Assembly (NCBI GenBank): GCA_964016885.1
Contig: OZ024742.1
Location: 44,206,001-44,270,000, forward strand
Direction: 5' to 3'
DNA from: Eledone cirrhosa
Taxonomy: Eukaryota
Length of the DNA stretch: 64,000 nt
Positions 41,061-59,481 of the stretch are shown in pieces. The notes under the pieces were generated by a model. The model searched no databases and was not told the origin of the DNA. It saw nothing but the letters and a program-made list of their open reading frames with translations. Each line of letters opens with the position of its first letter. Position 1 is the stretch's first letter. A program made the position numbers and the translations under genes.

Positions 41061-42700
41061 GGTAGTGGATTGGCAGAATCCTTAGAGCATCGGACCAAAT
41101 GCTTCATGACATAGTTATGGCCCTTTATGTTCTGATTTCAAATCCCGCTGAGGTTTGCTTTGCTTTTTATCCTTATTGGGGGTCAATAAAATAAAGTACC
41201 AGTAAGCATTGGGTTCAATTTAATCGACTTTCCCCTCCCCTTAAAATTTCTGGCCTTGTGCCTAAAGTAGAAACAATCATTATTAATAGTACACAGTGGA
41301 TTTGCAGAATTGGTAAGGTGTCAGTGAAAATACTTTGCAGTATTTAGTTATGACTTTCTACATTCTGAATTGAAATCTTGCCACGGTCAACTTTGCTTTT
41401 CATCCTTCTGGAGTTAAAATAAAATACTAATTAAGTACCGGGGTCAGTATCGTTGACTTTCACCTTCTCTCAAATTGCTGGCCTTGTGATAAGAAGTAGA
41501 AACAATTACTAATAGTGGCTAGATTGACAGTATTATTAGTGTTGGACAAAAATGCTTTGTGGTATTTCTTCTGGCTTTTTACATTCTGAATTTAAATCCT
41601 GCTGAGGTCAACTTTTGGTGTTGATAAAATAAAAATACCAGTCAAATACTGAGGTCAGTACCTGACTTCTATTAGAAGCAATTATAATAACTATAATTAA
41701 TATTGGGGATATTCTGTAAGGAAATCTAGCTAGGGTCAAATTAGTTTTTTATCCTTTCTTATAAAGTAATATCAATGTATTAGCTCTGTGCCATCTTCCA
41801 TCCAGTCATTTACTGAGGTTCAATTTAATCACCTGTACTTTATCCTGCATGAAGACATGTGACATAGTGGTTTGGATGTTCAACTCATGATTGTAAGCTC
41901 ATGAGTTTGATTCTCAGACCGGGCAACATATTGTGTGCTTTAGCATCACTTTATTTCTCAATGTTCCAGTCCATTCAGGTGGGAAAAATAAGTTGCAATG
42001 ACACATGTACCAAGATATATCGGCCCATGCCTTTCCCTTGGACAACACTAGGGGCATGGAGAGGTGCGACTGGTATACACATAGGCAACTGCTGGTCTTC
42101 CCCAAAAACACCTTGCCCAGGCTTGAGCCTTGGAGAGCAACTTTCCAGGTTCAAATCCATGGTCATTCATAACTGAAGAGGGCTTCTTTCTGTCTCATTC
42201 CCAAAATTTATGACCTTATGTCAAGGTTAGTAATCATTATTATTTCTGTAGTCAGAGCTGGGATTGACTGAGTTGTTAGAGGATCAGACAAATTCCTTTG
42301 CAGCATTTGTTTAGGTTCTTTACATCCTCAGTTCAAATCCCCATTAGGTTAACTTTGCCTTTCACTCTTCCAGTGTTGATAAAATTCAGTACCAGTCAAT
42401 TACTGGGGGTTGATTTAATTGACTTCACCCTCCCTCAAAGTGCTGGCCTTGTGCCTAAATTAGAAATCATTATTATTAATCCTGCCGAGGTTAACTTTGC
42501 CTTTCATCCTTACGGGGTCGATAAAATAAAGTACCAGTAATGCACTTGGTAATTGCTGGCCTTGTGCCAAAAAGTAGAAACAATTATTATTAGGGTAGTG
42601 GTTTGGGTGAATAGGAGAGGCTCTGGACAAAATGCCTTTCAGTTGAATTCTTTTCATTTTTGGGGTTGAGGGTGGGGCCCATTAAAATAAATAGGTCAAA
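41061..42700 (+). mobile_element. Cluster of a second tRNA-type SINE family (Meta-domain-like), at least 5 co-oriented copies
   Basis: Repeated GGATTGGCAGAAT..GTTCAAATCC.GC.GAGGT.AACTTTGCCTTTCATCC..GGGGTCGATAAAATAAAGTACCAG..GGCCTTGTGCC.AAAGTAGAAACAAT; other copies at 14849-14940 and 26220-26364 (minus). Confidence 0.75.
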
Positions 42701-43386
42701 TAGAAGGTTCAGTTTAATAACCTACATGTCTCCCACCAAATTTATAGCTTTATGCATAGAATATGAACTGTCACTATCCACTATATTCAAAACATAATAA
42801 ATAATAATAATCACCTTTTAATGTCCATTTTAAATCATCATTGTAGTTATTAAAAAAATTTTTTTTTACTTCTATTAACTACTGTTATTAATTTTTGGTT
42901 CCCATTCTATGTGGTGAAGGGCTGAGGCCTAGTGGTTAGGGTGTTGGGTTCAATTCTCAAACTGAGTGATGCATTGTGTCCTTGAGCAAGACACTTCATT
43001 TTGCTCCTGTTGCTTTGTGATGGACTGGTGCCCCATCCAAGTGGGGAAATCTTGTACACCCAGTCGTTTAATGCCTATGGAATTGGATATGTTTTGGGCT
43101 TTATCTAACCGATGCAAGCATTGAAAAACATGTAAAATAATAACTCATTGGCATGTGTGTATTTGTATACATAGAGAACAGCTTCTGTTTGATATATATA
43201 TATCTTCACTGTTTAATGTTTATTTTCTATGCTTGCATGGGTTAGATGGATTGTCGCATAAATACACTGCCCCACACATACACTTACATACAGGCACTTC
43301 TGCCCACTCTTTTCTGTCTCTAGGGGTAGTTCACACTTTTTTGTCAGTTTTTATTTGGATTTGGATACATATATTTCACACGCGCG

Positions 43387-43389
<3 letters not shown>

Positions 43390-43422
<33 letters not shown>

Positions 43423-43550
43423 ACACCACACCACACCACACCACACCACACCACACCACACCACACCACACCACACCACACCACACCACACCACACCACA
43501 CCACACCACACCACACCACACCACACCACACCACACCACACCACACCACA

Positions 43551-43582
<32 letters not shown>
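43390..43582. repeat. (CA)n-(CACCA)n-(CA)n microsatellite
   Basis: Direct reading. Confidence 0.98.
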
Positions 43583-43584
<2 letters not shown>

Positions 43585-43689
43585 TTTATAAAATGAATTA
43601 CTTTTACAGAATTAGCTCTGTTTCCTTCTCAGACTATTTTTTAGTCATTTATTTCATAAATAAAATATATCCACCTTACAGCATGTATT

Positions 43690-44256
43690 GAGTACCTTGC
43701 CTTAAGTTGTGGACATTGACTTAGAGAAGTGTGTGTAAGGTCGGAATTTATCAAATTATCCCAGGTTTTTCTGGGTCTGCCTACTTCGTAACAGCTGTCG
43801 TCTTTCATGCGCATCACATGACCATACCAACGCAGTCTTCTCTTGAGTAAACAGCATCTGATCCCTCTTATTCCTAATTTCTTACTTAGTTCATTTATGC
43901 TTTGCCGTTCACGTATATTACTATTACACATCTAACGGATCATGCATGCTTCGTTCCTCTCCAGTCTGCGTAGATCCTCTGCACACAATGCCCATGTCTC
44001 ACTGCCATGTAACATCGCTGTTCGTATGCAGGCATCATACAGTCTGCCTTTCATTTTTAGAGAGTACCTTTAGTGGCCAATAGTGGTATAAATTCTCTGA
44101 ACTTTTTCCATCCTGTTCTGATTCTGGCTACTGTACTTTCAGAGCACCCTCCACCACTGCTGATTTTGTCACCCAGGTAACGGAAGGTGTCCACTATTTC
44201 TATAGAACCATCTGGGCAATAGAAGGAGCTAGTATCCTCTGGGCACTTGCTACTTA
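43690..44256 (-). mobile_element. RTE 3' ORF fragment (sister subfamily)
   Basis: MCNSNIRERQSINELSKKLGIRGIRCC..RRLRWYGHVMRMKDDSC. Confidence 0.88.
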
Positions 44257-44362
44257 ATAATATATATATATGTAGAAGGTATATTTAATTTGTTGGAATT
44301 CCGACAAACATAAATGTTTATAACTGATATAGAGCACTCAACAAGTTACTGGAGTAAATATT

Positions 44363-44440
44363 CCAAGATATTAATAAATGGAAACTATATTTATAAAACC
44401 ATGGTTTTATAAATATAGTTTCCATTTATTAATATCTTGG
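44363..44440. repeat. Perfect 78-bp palindrome with no loop
   Basis: Centre CCA|TGG between 44401 and 44402. Confidence 0.95.
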
Positions 44441-44469
44441 TATATATATATATATATATATAATATATA

Positions 44470-47400
44470 TATCATCATCATCATCACCGTTTTACGTCCG
44501 TTCTTCCACGCTAGCATGGGTTAGACGGGTTGTCCTGTTGTGGGCAGTGTCTGGTCGGCTGACCATGCCTTGCTCATACAGGAACTGATTTGGCTTGATT
44601 TCTACAGCTGGATGCCCTTCCTAACACCAACCTCATTTACAGTGAGTGCTGGGTGCTTTTTCGTGGCGCCTACACGTCCACTTTACAGTGTGGGCTGGGT
44701 GCTTTTTTGCCGTGGCACCTCCACGACCACCTTGCGGTGGGGGGGGGGGGGGCATATTGTCTATATGCTTCAGCTTGTACCGATGGGAGGTCGGGTACTC
44801 TGTATTACTGCGTGACGCCAGAGGTCACGGTCGTGTATCATCGCCTTTGAGAGGTGTAATTGGGTAAGGTCGGCTTTTATCACCTCATCCCAGGTCATCT
44901 TGGGTCTCCCCACTCCGCGGTTTCCATCGACTTCTAGTGCTCTGCACCTTTTTATGCAGCTGTCATCCTTCATACGCATCACATGTCCATACCAGCGCAA
45001 CCGCCTCTCCTGCACACAGCATTTGATTCCTCTTATGCTCAGTCTCTCTCTCAATTCATTTATGCTTTGTCGTTCATGTATATTACTGTTACACATCCAT
45101 CGGAGCATGCAGGCTTCGTTTCTTTTTAATCTACGTAAGTCTTCCACCTTCAGCGCCCAGGTCTCACTACCATGCAACATTGCTGTTCGGATACACGCAT
45201 CATACAGTCTGCCTTTCATTCTGAGGGAGAAGCCTTTTGCAGCTAGCAGTGGTAGTAGTTCCCTAAACTTCTTCCATCCCGTTCTTACCCTAGTTATTGT
45301 ACTTTCTGAACACCCACCTCCGCTGCTAATTCGGTCACCTAGGTAGCAGAAGCTGTCTACTGTTTCTACAGGGCCCTCCCAGAGATTGGTGGTACTTGTT
45401 TCCTGTGGCTGTTTGCTGCTTGCTGTCCCAGCACAGCTGCTGCATGTGAAGCCTACATTCTTAATTAAGCTTCCTGAGATCCCGCTACATCTCTTGTGTA
45501 CCCATTGTTTGCATTTGGGGCAGAGAATGGAGTTCCTACCTACACCTTTCCTACATACTGAGCAAGGCCATTTCCCTGAGGGGATCTGGGTTCTGTTTTC
45601 TTGTCTACTTACAAGGACCTTAGTCTTTGTCATGTTGACTTTGAGACCCTTTCTTTCTAGTCCCTGCTTCCAAGTTTGGAATTTATTCTCTAGTTCTACC
45701 ATAGATTCAGCTATGAGTGCGAGGTCATCAGCATACAGGAGTTCCCATGGGCATCCGGTCTTAAACTCCTCTGTTATTGCCTGCAGGACTATGATGAACA
45801 GGAGGGGGCTAAGAACAGAGCCCTGGTGGACCCCAACCTGTACGCTAAATTCCTCGCTATACTCATTGCTAATCCTAACTTTGCTGACTGCTCCCCTATA
45901 CATGGCTTGTACCGCTTTCATAAGCCATTCATCTACTCCTAGTTTTCTAAGAGCCCACCAGATTACAGCACGTGGAACTCTGTCAAAAGCTTTCTCAAGG
46001 TCGACAAATGCCAAGTAGAGTGGCTTACTTTTAGTTAGGTACTTTTCCTGTAACTGCCTCACAAGGAAGAGGGCATCAGTGGTGCCTCTTCCTGGTACAA
46101 ACCCAAATTGCATCTCGTCTATTTTCACCCGGTCCCTAATCAACTGTGCTATAACTCTTTCTGTTACTTTCATGACCTGGTCCATCAACTTTATACCTCT
46201 ATAGTTTCCTCTATCTAGTGCATCGCCTTTACCTTTGTAGCAGTTGACAATGATGCTGCACCAATCTTCTGGTATGACACCTAGTATTACCTGGTTAACA
46301 ATACGTGTGGTTAAAGTGTGACCTACAGACCCAGATGCCGTCAGCATCCCGGCAGCTATACCCGATGGACCGGTTGCCTTCCCCATCTTCATATCTTTGA
46401 TTGCCTTACTACGTTGCTGCTGACTTGTACTGCTGGCCCCTCTATAGGGTCTACGTGGGGTAGGGTCTCTTCTTCCCATGCATTCTCCTCATTTAGTAAT
46501 CTATCATAATGACTCTTCCATGCATCTTTCTTCTCAGCACTTGTGAGGGCAAGCTCACCTTTATCATTCCGGATACACTTCTCTCCAATGACATCACAAC
46601 TATCTCTGACACACTGCCTCGCAATCTTGAACACCTCCTGTTTCTGGTCCTCACGTTGCAAAACATGCTTGAATTTTCTATCCTCTGCTTCCCTCCTAGC
46701 TAAGTATACTTGTCGCCTAGCTTCCCTCTTGGTCTCTATGTAATGTACCCTGCTCCCCCCGTTCTTCCATTCTTTCCATGCCTGTCTCTTGGCCTTAACT
46801 GCTTCATCTACCTTATTGTTCCACCACCAAGTCACTCTCCTCCTGCTTGAGGTCTTACTCCAGCCACAGACCTCATCCGTCGTCTCTAGTAAATTATTTT
46901 TTAGGAACTCCCAGTTCTCTTCTACATTGAATGTCTCTATCTGTTCTTCTTTACTGTCGTAGGCGTTGAGTAAAATATCTTTAAATCTGTTACTGGTTGA
47001 GGGGACTTTCAGCTTCCAGATCTTTCTTCTCCAGATTGGCCTCTGTTTCCAGGTTCGTCTAGTTCTGACCGTGAGGTCGCTGACAACTAAACTAAGTTGG
47101 GATGTACATTCCTCACTAGGGAAGGCTTTTGTGTTTACGACCGTCCATCTGTCATGTCCTCTGATGAGGATAAAATCTATCTGACTGGAGTGATCCCCTG
47201 ATCTATAGGTGATCAGGTGGTTGTCGGGTTTTTAAAAGTTTGTGTTACATATCGACATGTCATTGGCGTCGCAGAATTCTAGAAGTCTGAATCCTTCCTC
47301 ATTCCTTGTGCCAACCCCATGGCCTCCATGTACTCTATTGAAGCCGTCGCAGTGTTTACCTACATGTCCGTTAAAATCTCCTGCGATGATTAGAAAGTCA

Positions 47401-48454
47401 TTGTCGTCTGTTAGAGCAGTTGTGTGCATTAGGGACTCGTAAAACCTATCCTTAAGCTCGTCTGGCAGCCCCGATTGGGGGGCGTAAGCTGATATTATTG
47501 TGGTAATTGTTTTATTCAGGACTAGTCTGAGTTTAATGATTCTTGCATTTACCCTGTACACTGAGATTACTTTATCTACCCACTTGTCAGCTAGTAGTAT
47601 ACCTACACCACCCATCCCATCGTCATTTCCCAATCAGAAAAATTTGTAGCACCGACTTTTTCCTACAAGGACTCTGGCAGACTCTCCTCTCCATCTAGTC
47701 TCTTGCACACAGCATACATCAATTTCCTTTCACTCTAGCATTTCTACGATTTCTCCTGCTCTTCCTTTTATTGAGCCTACATTGATGGTACCAACTCGGA
47801 GTTTTGGGCATTTGTTGACACTCGTAGGGAAGGGTCTCTGGGTTGGCGCTTCACATGGGTGCTTGGTAGCTCACAGATTCATATTTCATCTATTGATTCA
47901 GAGTTGCTCAAATTTATTCTCAGCTCATCCATCCATAACGGTGGGAAAATTGAGGGCTAGAAGAACAGTGGTGGTGGGATAATGGCAGGGTGTGTTGGGC
48001 TGCGACAGGGGAGGAGAGAGTTAGTTAGGTAGTAGCAGCAGCAGCAGAAGAAATGGCATGCTGAGGTTTGATTGGTCGAATAGGCTATGGTGGTGTGAGG
48101 GAAATTGTGAGGTAGGCACTGAGGGTCGCCGTCAAGGCTAACAGACTAACTAACCGATAGAATAGAATACCACGTGGCAAATAGCCGAAATAATACAGCA
48201 ACAATAATATTAATAATAATAATAATAGCGTCATAAGAGCTAGATACCTTCGAAAAATTTGTATGGATGGGTGGCTGGAATGAATCCAAATCAACTCTAG
48301 TGATTCATTTTAGCCCGATAGGATAGAGTGTCTTATCTCTTCAATAGCTTCAAGATAAGTGAGGTGGAATGGGCGAAAGGGGAACGGGAGGTACTCATGT
48401 CGGATTTGTTTATCGTAAATTCGTGAGCTGATTTTCCGATACTCGATTATTCTA
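44470..48454 (-). mobile_element. Near full-length RTE-clade non-LTR retrotransposon (inactivated by stops and frameshifts)
   Basis: APE motifs from about 47805 (LRVGTINV..CVQETRW..SAYAPQ..AGDFNGHVG..QIDFIL), RT (DLEKAFD, GVHQGSVLSP, YADD), 3'UTR with (GAT)n; flanked by (TA)n; 5' limit approximate. Confidence 0.95.
44770..47805 (-). pseudogene. RTE ORF: APE endonuclease plus reverse transcriptase with PHD-type finger
   Basis: ORF pieces 47232-47633, 46389-46835 and 44770-46479; in-frame stops in the APE domain. Confidence 0.92.
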
Positions 48455-52062
<3,608 letters not shown>

Positions 52063-52772
52063 ATATTAGAATGATCGAGTATCGAAAACTCGGCGCACGA
52101 GTTCACGATAAACAAAATTCGAAATGAGCGGCAGAGGGCTCAATAATTCAGATGAATTAGAGCTATAACTATCGTTAAAATACCGTCACACATAGAACAA
52201 GTCTAAAATCAACCATACGATAAAAAATCGATAATAGAAGATTCGGGACAATCAGATAAAAATCTCAATAAATCAATACATCAATAATTTGAATGAATGT
52301 AAAATCATACCCGGACCCACTAGAAAGGTGTTAAATCTAGCTTCTTGGGTTTCTGTAAATCCTTAGACTGTACTCTATCAGCTCACATATAAATATATAA
52401 GACTTCTAGAGTAAGCGGACTGGAAGTTTACTTCTTCAACGAGCTTCGTCCTAGCGGATAAGAGGCTAACTACAAGCAAAATACGCACATGGAATCCGGC
52501 AAGGGAGATAACCTCTACATCCGCGAAAACTATTCGAGGAAATGTGGAAATACACATATCGAATAAAAGTGCTCAATAGACATGTTAAAATAAAACAGGA
52601 GCTATTCATCGCTCAATAGAATCGACAAAAAATGAGCAATAAAATTAACTGGTGGATAGCTATGTCTAGAGCTAAAAATATTAGAATGATCGAGTATCGA
52701 AAAATCGGCGCACGAGTTCACGATAAACAAAATTCGAAATGAGCGGCAGAGGGCTCAATAATTCAGATGAAT
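52063..52772. repeat. 710-bp island with 95-bp direct terminal repeats (unclassified element)
   Basis: 52063-52157 equals 52678-52772 with 1 mismatch; period 615. Confidence 0.85.
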
Positions 52773-52800
52773 CAATATTATAATATATTATATATAATAC

Positions 52801-52844
<44 letters not shown>

Positions 52845-53078
52845 ACATATATATAATATATATATATATATATTATATATATAATACATATATATAATAT
52901 ATTATATATATATAATATATATATATATTATATATATATATAATACATATATATAATATATTATATTATATATATATATTATATATATATAATATATATA
53001 TATATTATATATATTATATATATATATATATATATTATATTATATATTATATATTATATATATATATATATTATATAT

Positions 53079-53110
<32 letters not shown>

Positions 53111-53174
53111 ATTATATATTATATATATATATATTATATCTTATATATATATATTATATATATACTATATATAT

Positions 53175-54688
53175 TGTGGCTGGAGTAAGACCTCAAGCAG
53201 GAGGAGAGTGACTTGGTGGTGGAACAATAAGGTAGATGAAGCAGTCAAGGCCAAGAGACAGGCATGGAAAGAATGGAAGAACGGGGGGAGCAGGGTACAT
53301 TACATAGAGACCAAGAGGGAAGCTAGGCGACAAGTATACTTAGCTAGGAGGGAAGCAGAGGATAGAAAATTCAAGCATGTTTTACAACGTGAGGACCAGA
53401 AACAGGAGGTATTCAAGATTGCGAGGCAGTGTGTCAGAGATAGTTGTGATGTCATTGGAGAGAAGTGTATCCGGAATGATAAAGGTGAGCTTGCCCTCAC
53501 AAGTGCTGAGAAGAAAGATGCATGGAAGAGTCATTATGATAGATTACTAAATGAGGAGAATGCATGGAAGAAGAGACCCTACCCCACGTAGACCCTATAG
53601 AGGGACCAGCAGTACAAGTCAGCGGCAGCGTAGTAAGTAAGGCAATCAGAGATATGAAGATAGGGAAGGCAACCGGTCCATCGGGTATAGCTGCCGAGAT
53701 GCTGAAGGCATCTGGGTCTGTAGGTCACACTATAACCACACGTATCGTTAACCAGGTAATACTAGAGGGGGCCATACCAAAAGATTGGTGCAGTAGCATC
53801 ATTGTCAACTGCTACAAAGGTAAAGGCGATGCACTAGATAGAGGAAACTATAGAGGTATAAAGTTGATGGACCAGGTCATGAAAGTAACAGAAAGAGTTA
53901 TAGCACAGCTGATTAGGGACCGGGTGAATATAGACGAGATGCAATTTGGGTTTGTACCAGGGAGAGGCACCACTGATGCCCTCTTCCTTGTGAGGCAATT
54001 ACAGGAAAAGTACCTAGCTAAAAGTAAGCCACTCTACTTGGCATTTGTCGACCTTGAGAAAGCCTTTGACAGAGTTCCACGTGCAGTAATCTGGTGGGCT
54101 CTTAGAAAACTAGGAGTAGATGAATGGCTTGTGAAAGCGGTACAAGCCATGTATAGGGGAGCAGTAAGCAAAGTTAGGATTGGCAATGAGTATAGCGAGG
54201 AATTTAGCGTACAGGTTGGGGTCCACCAGGGCTCTGTTCTTAGCCCTCTCCTGTTCATCATAGTCCTGCAGGCAATAACGGAGGAGTTTAAGACCGGATG
54301 CCCATGGGAACTCCTGTATGCTGATGACCTCGCACTCATAGCTGAATCTATGGTAGAACTAGAGAATAAATTCCAAACCTGGAAGCAGGGACTAGAGAGA
54401 AAGGGCCTCAAAGTCAATATGACAAAGACTAAGGTCCTTGTAAGTAGACGAGAAAACAGAACCCAGATCCCCTCAGGGAAATGGCCTTGCTCAGTATGTA
54501 GGAAAGGTGTAGGTAGAAACTCCATTCTCTGCCCCAAATGCAAACAATGGGTACACAAGAGATGTAGCGGGATCTCAGGAAGCTTAATTAAGAATGTAGG
54601 ATTCACATGCAGCAGCTGTGCTGAAACAGCAAGCAAACAGCCACAGGAAACAAGTACCACCAATCTCTGGGAGGGCCCTGTAGAAACA
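53175..54688 (+). mobile_element. Second copy of the RTE LINE (5'-truncated, runs into the assembly gap)
   Basis: ORFs 53208-53591 and 53564-54688 are near-identical to the 44770-46870 copy; YADD; PHD-like finger. Confidence 0.95.
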
Positions 54689-54888
54689 NNNNNNNNNNNN
54701 NNNNNNNNNNNNNNNNNNNNNNNNNNNNNNNNNNNNNNNNNNNNNNNNNNNNNNNNNNNNNNNNNNNNNNNNNNNNNNNNNNNNNNNNNNNNNNNNNNNN
54801 NNNNNNNNNNNNNNNNNNNNNNNNNNNNNNNNNNNNNNNNNNNNNNNNNNNNNNNNNNNNNNNNNNNNNNNNNNNNNNNNNNNNNNNN
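54689..54888. other. Assembly gap (200 N)
   Basis: N run. Confidence 1.
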
Positions 54889-57397
<2,509 letters not shown>

Positions 57398-57604
57398 ACG
57401 CTGTAATGTGGCCGTGTAGGCAACACGGTAAAAACCTCCCAGCCCCACACTGTAAATGTGGTTGGTGTTAGGAAGGGCATCCAACTGTAGAAAACCCGCC
57501 AGACAGTCCTATGCGAGCAAGACAACCACTCTTGCCTCAAGTGGGAAAACCCCCGTCCAAACCCATGCAAGCGTGGAACACGGACGCTAAACCTGATGAT
57601 GATG

Positions 57605-57606
<2 letters not shown>
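57398..57606 (+). mobile_element. RTE 3'UTR fragment
   Basis: Reverse complement of the 31267-31470 type; (GAT)n tail. Confidence 0.85.
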
Positions 57607-57663
<57 letters not shown>

Positions 57664-57759
57664 CTACCAAGAGTTTACGGTAGTGTCCAATCCGTATGAA
57701 GAACAAAGTTCCCAAACAGACCTGTAATTTTGAATCGTTGTTATTATCAATAAATATAT

Positions 57760-57902
57760 TTCATTATTTCTGAAGACGGCATATGTATGTGTTGGTATGT
57801 ATATTATATTTGATAATTTGTATAATTTTGTACATAGATCTGTTGAATATGCATACCAATTCTAACACATATATGTCCTAGAAACGATCGTTAAATAATG
57901 AA
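57760..57902 (+). ncRNA. Type I hammerhead with about 100-nt stem II (solo pLTR-like island 57661-57960)
   Basis: TTCATTATTT-CTGAAGA-(long hairpin)-GAAA-CGATCG-TT-AAATAATGAA; perfect 10-bp stem I, palindromic stem III ACGATCGT, GUU site. Confidence 0.8.
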
Positions 57903-57956
57903 CTTTTTTTGTTTAATATAAGGAACTGTTTCATTGTTTTATTCATTATTTTTTTA

Positions 57957-57995
<39 letters not shown>

Positions 57996-58084
57996 TATAT
58001 ATATATAATATATATAATATATATATATATATTATATATAATATATATATATATATATATAATATATATAATATATATATATAT

Positions 58085-58862
58085 ATCATCATCATCAGCA
58101 TTTTGTTAGTGATGCCTACTGGCTGTAGTATGTTTTACTATGTATTTAGGTAAGGCGGGTCTTCTCTGTTACTGAGTACCGCCAAAGGTCTCGGTCCATT
58201 GACATTGTCTTGGAGAGGTGTAAGTGTGTGATGTCGGAGTTTATCAGCTCGTCCCAGGTTTTTCTAGGTCTGCCTATTCCGTGGCTACCGTCTATCTTTA
58301 TTGCCCTGCACTTTGTTATACAGCTATCGACTTTCATGCGCATCACGTGTCCATACCAACGTAGCCTTCTCTCGAGTAAACAACATCTGATCCCTCTTAT
58401 TTCTAATTTTTTCCTTAGTTCGTTTATGCTTTGCCGTTCACGTATATTACTGTTACACATCCAGCGGAGCATGCAAGCTTCGTTCCTCTCTAGTCTGCGT
58501 ATATCCTCTGCACACAATGCCCAGGTCTCACTGCCATGCAACATTGCTGTTCGTATGTAGGCATCGTACAACCTGCCTTTCATTTTTAGGGAGAACCCTT
58601 TAGCAGCTAATAGTGGTATAAGCTCTCTGAACTTTTTCCAACCAGTTCTGACTCTACCCACTGTACTTTCAGAACACAACCCCCCCCACCCCACTGCTGA
58701 TTTTATCACCCAGGTAACGGAAGCTGTCCACTATTTCTATAGAACCCTCTGCGCAATTGAAAGAGCTAGTATTTTGTGGGCACTTGCTGCTACTTATTGC
58801 ACCAGAGCACTGGCCACATGTAAAATCTATGTTCTTAGTTAGCTTACCTGTGATCCCACTAT
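58085..58862 (-). mobile_element. RTE 3' ORF fragment (sister subfamily)
   Basis: ORF 58146-58709 [28 protein letters not shown]. Confidence 0.9.
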
Positions 58863-58992
58863 ACATACATATACACACACCTAACTATATTTCTTGATAG
58901 ATCTTTATATATTTCAATTTCCAATTCACTTGTCTATATTTTTTTTGATTTTCTTGATGAGACTTTCCAAGTATTTACCCATGTTTTATAAT

Positions 58993-59064
58993 GCCTCGTC
59001 TGACGAACGAATGAAGACGTTTCTTTCGTATTCGCCTCATTCGGGAAACCTCTGGTAATGAGGT
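58993..59064 (+). ncRNA. Type I hammerhead ribozyme
   Basis: GCCTCGT-CTGACGA-a-CGAATGA..TCATTCG-g-GAAA-CC-tct-GG-TA-ATGAGGT; 7-bp stems I and II; GUA site after 59057. Confidence 0.82.
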
Positions 59065-59143
59065 AATTATATTGTATTGATTTTTATACATTATATATAT
59101 ATACATTATATATATAATATATATATATAATTATATATTATAT

Positions 59144-59481
59144 GGAAGCACATGGCTTAGTGGTTAGAGCATTGGCCTTGCAATCGAAAGGTTGTGAGTT
59201 CAATTCTCAGACCGGGTGATGTGTTGTTTCCTTGAGCAAGACACTTTATTTCACATTGCTCCAGTTTACTCAGCTGTAGAAATGAGATGATAGGGACTGG
59301 GGTCCATGTCATTCCATTGCAAAGTGGTCGTGGAGGTGCCACGGCAAAAAAGCACCCAGCACTCACTGTAAATGAGGTTGGTGTTAGGAAGGGCATCCAG
59401 CTGTAGAAATCAAGCCAGAATCAGTTCCCGTCCCACCCTTGCAAGCAGAGAAAAAGCGGACGTAAAATGAAATGATGATGA
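59144..59481 (+). mobile_element. Same tRNA-derived SINE
   Basis: Near-identical to 22644-22983. Confidence 0.9.

Noticed and set aside
44900-46018. Plus-strand ORFs of 148 and 210 aa
   Set aside because: Antisense shadows of the RTE RT frame.
47810-48454. HDV-like ribozyme at the RTE 5' end
   Set aside because: Known for some RTEs, but no nested double-pseudoknot pairing could be found by eye.
52340-52445. Hammerhead on the minus strand
   Set aside because: Core reads TTGAAGA (or CTGATAGA), with no stem III or NUH site.
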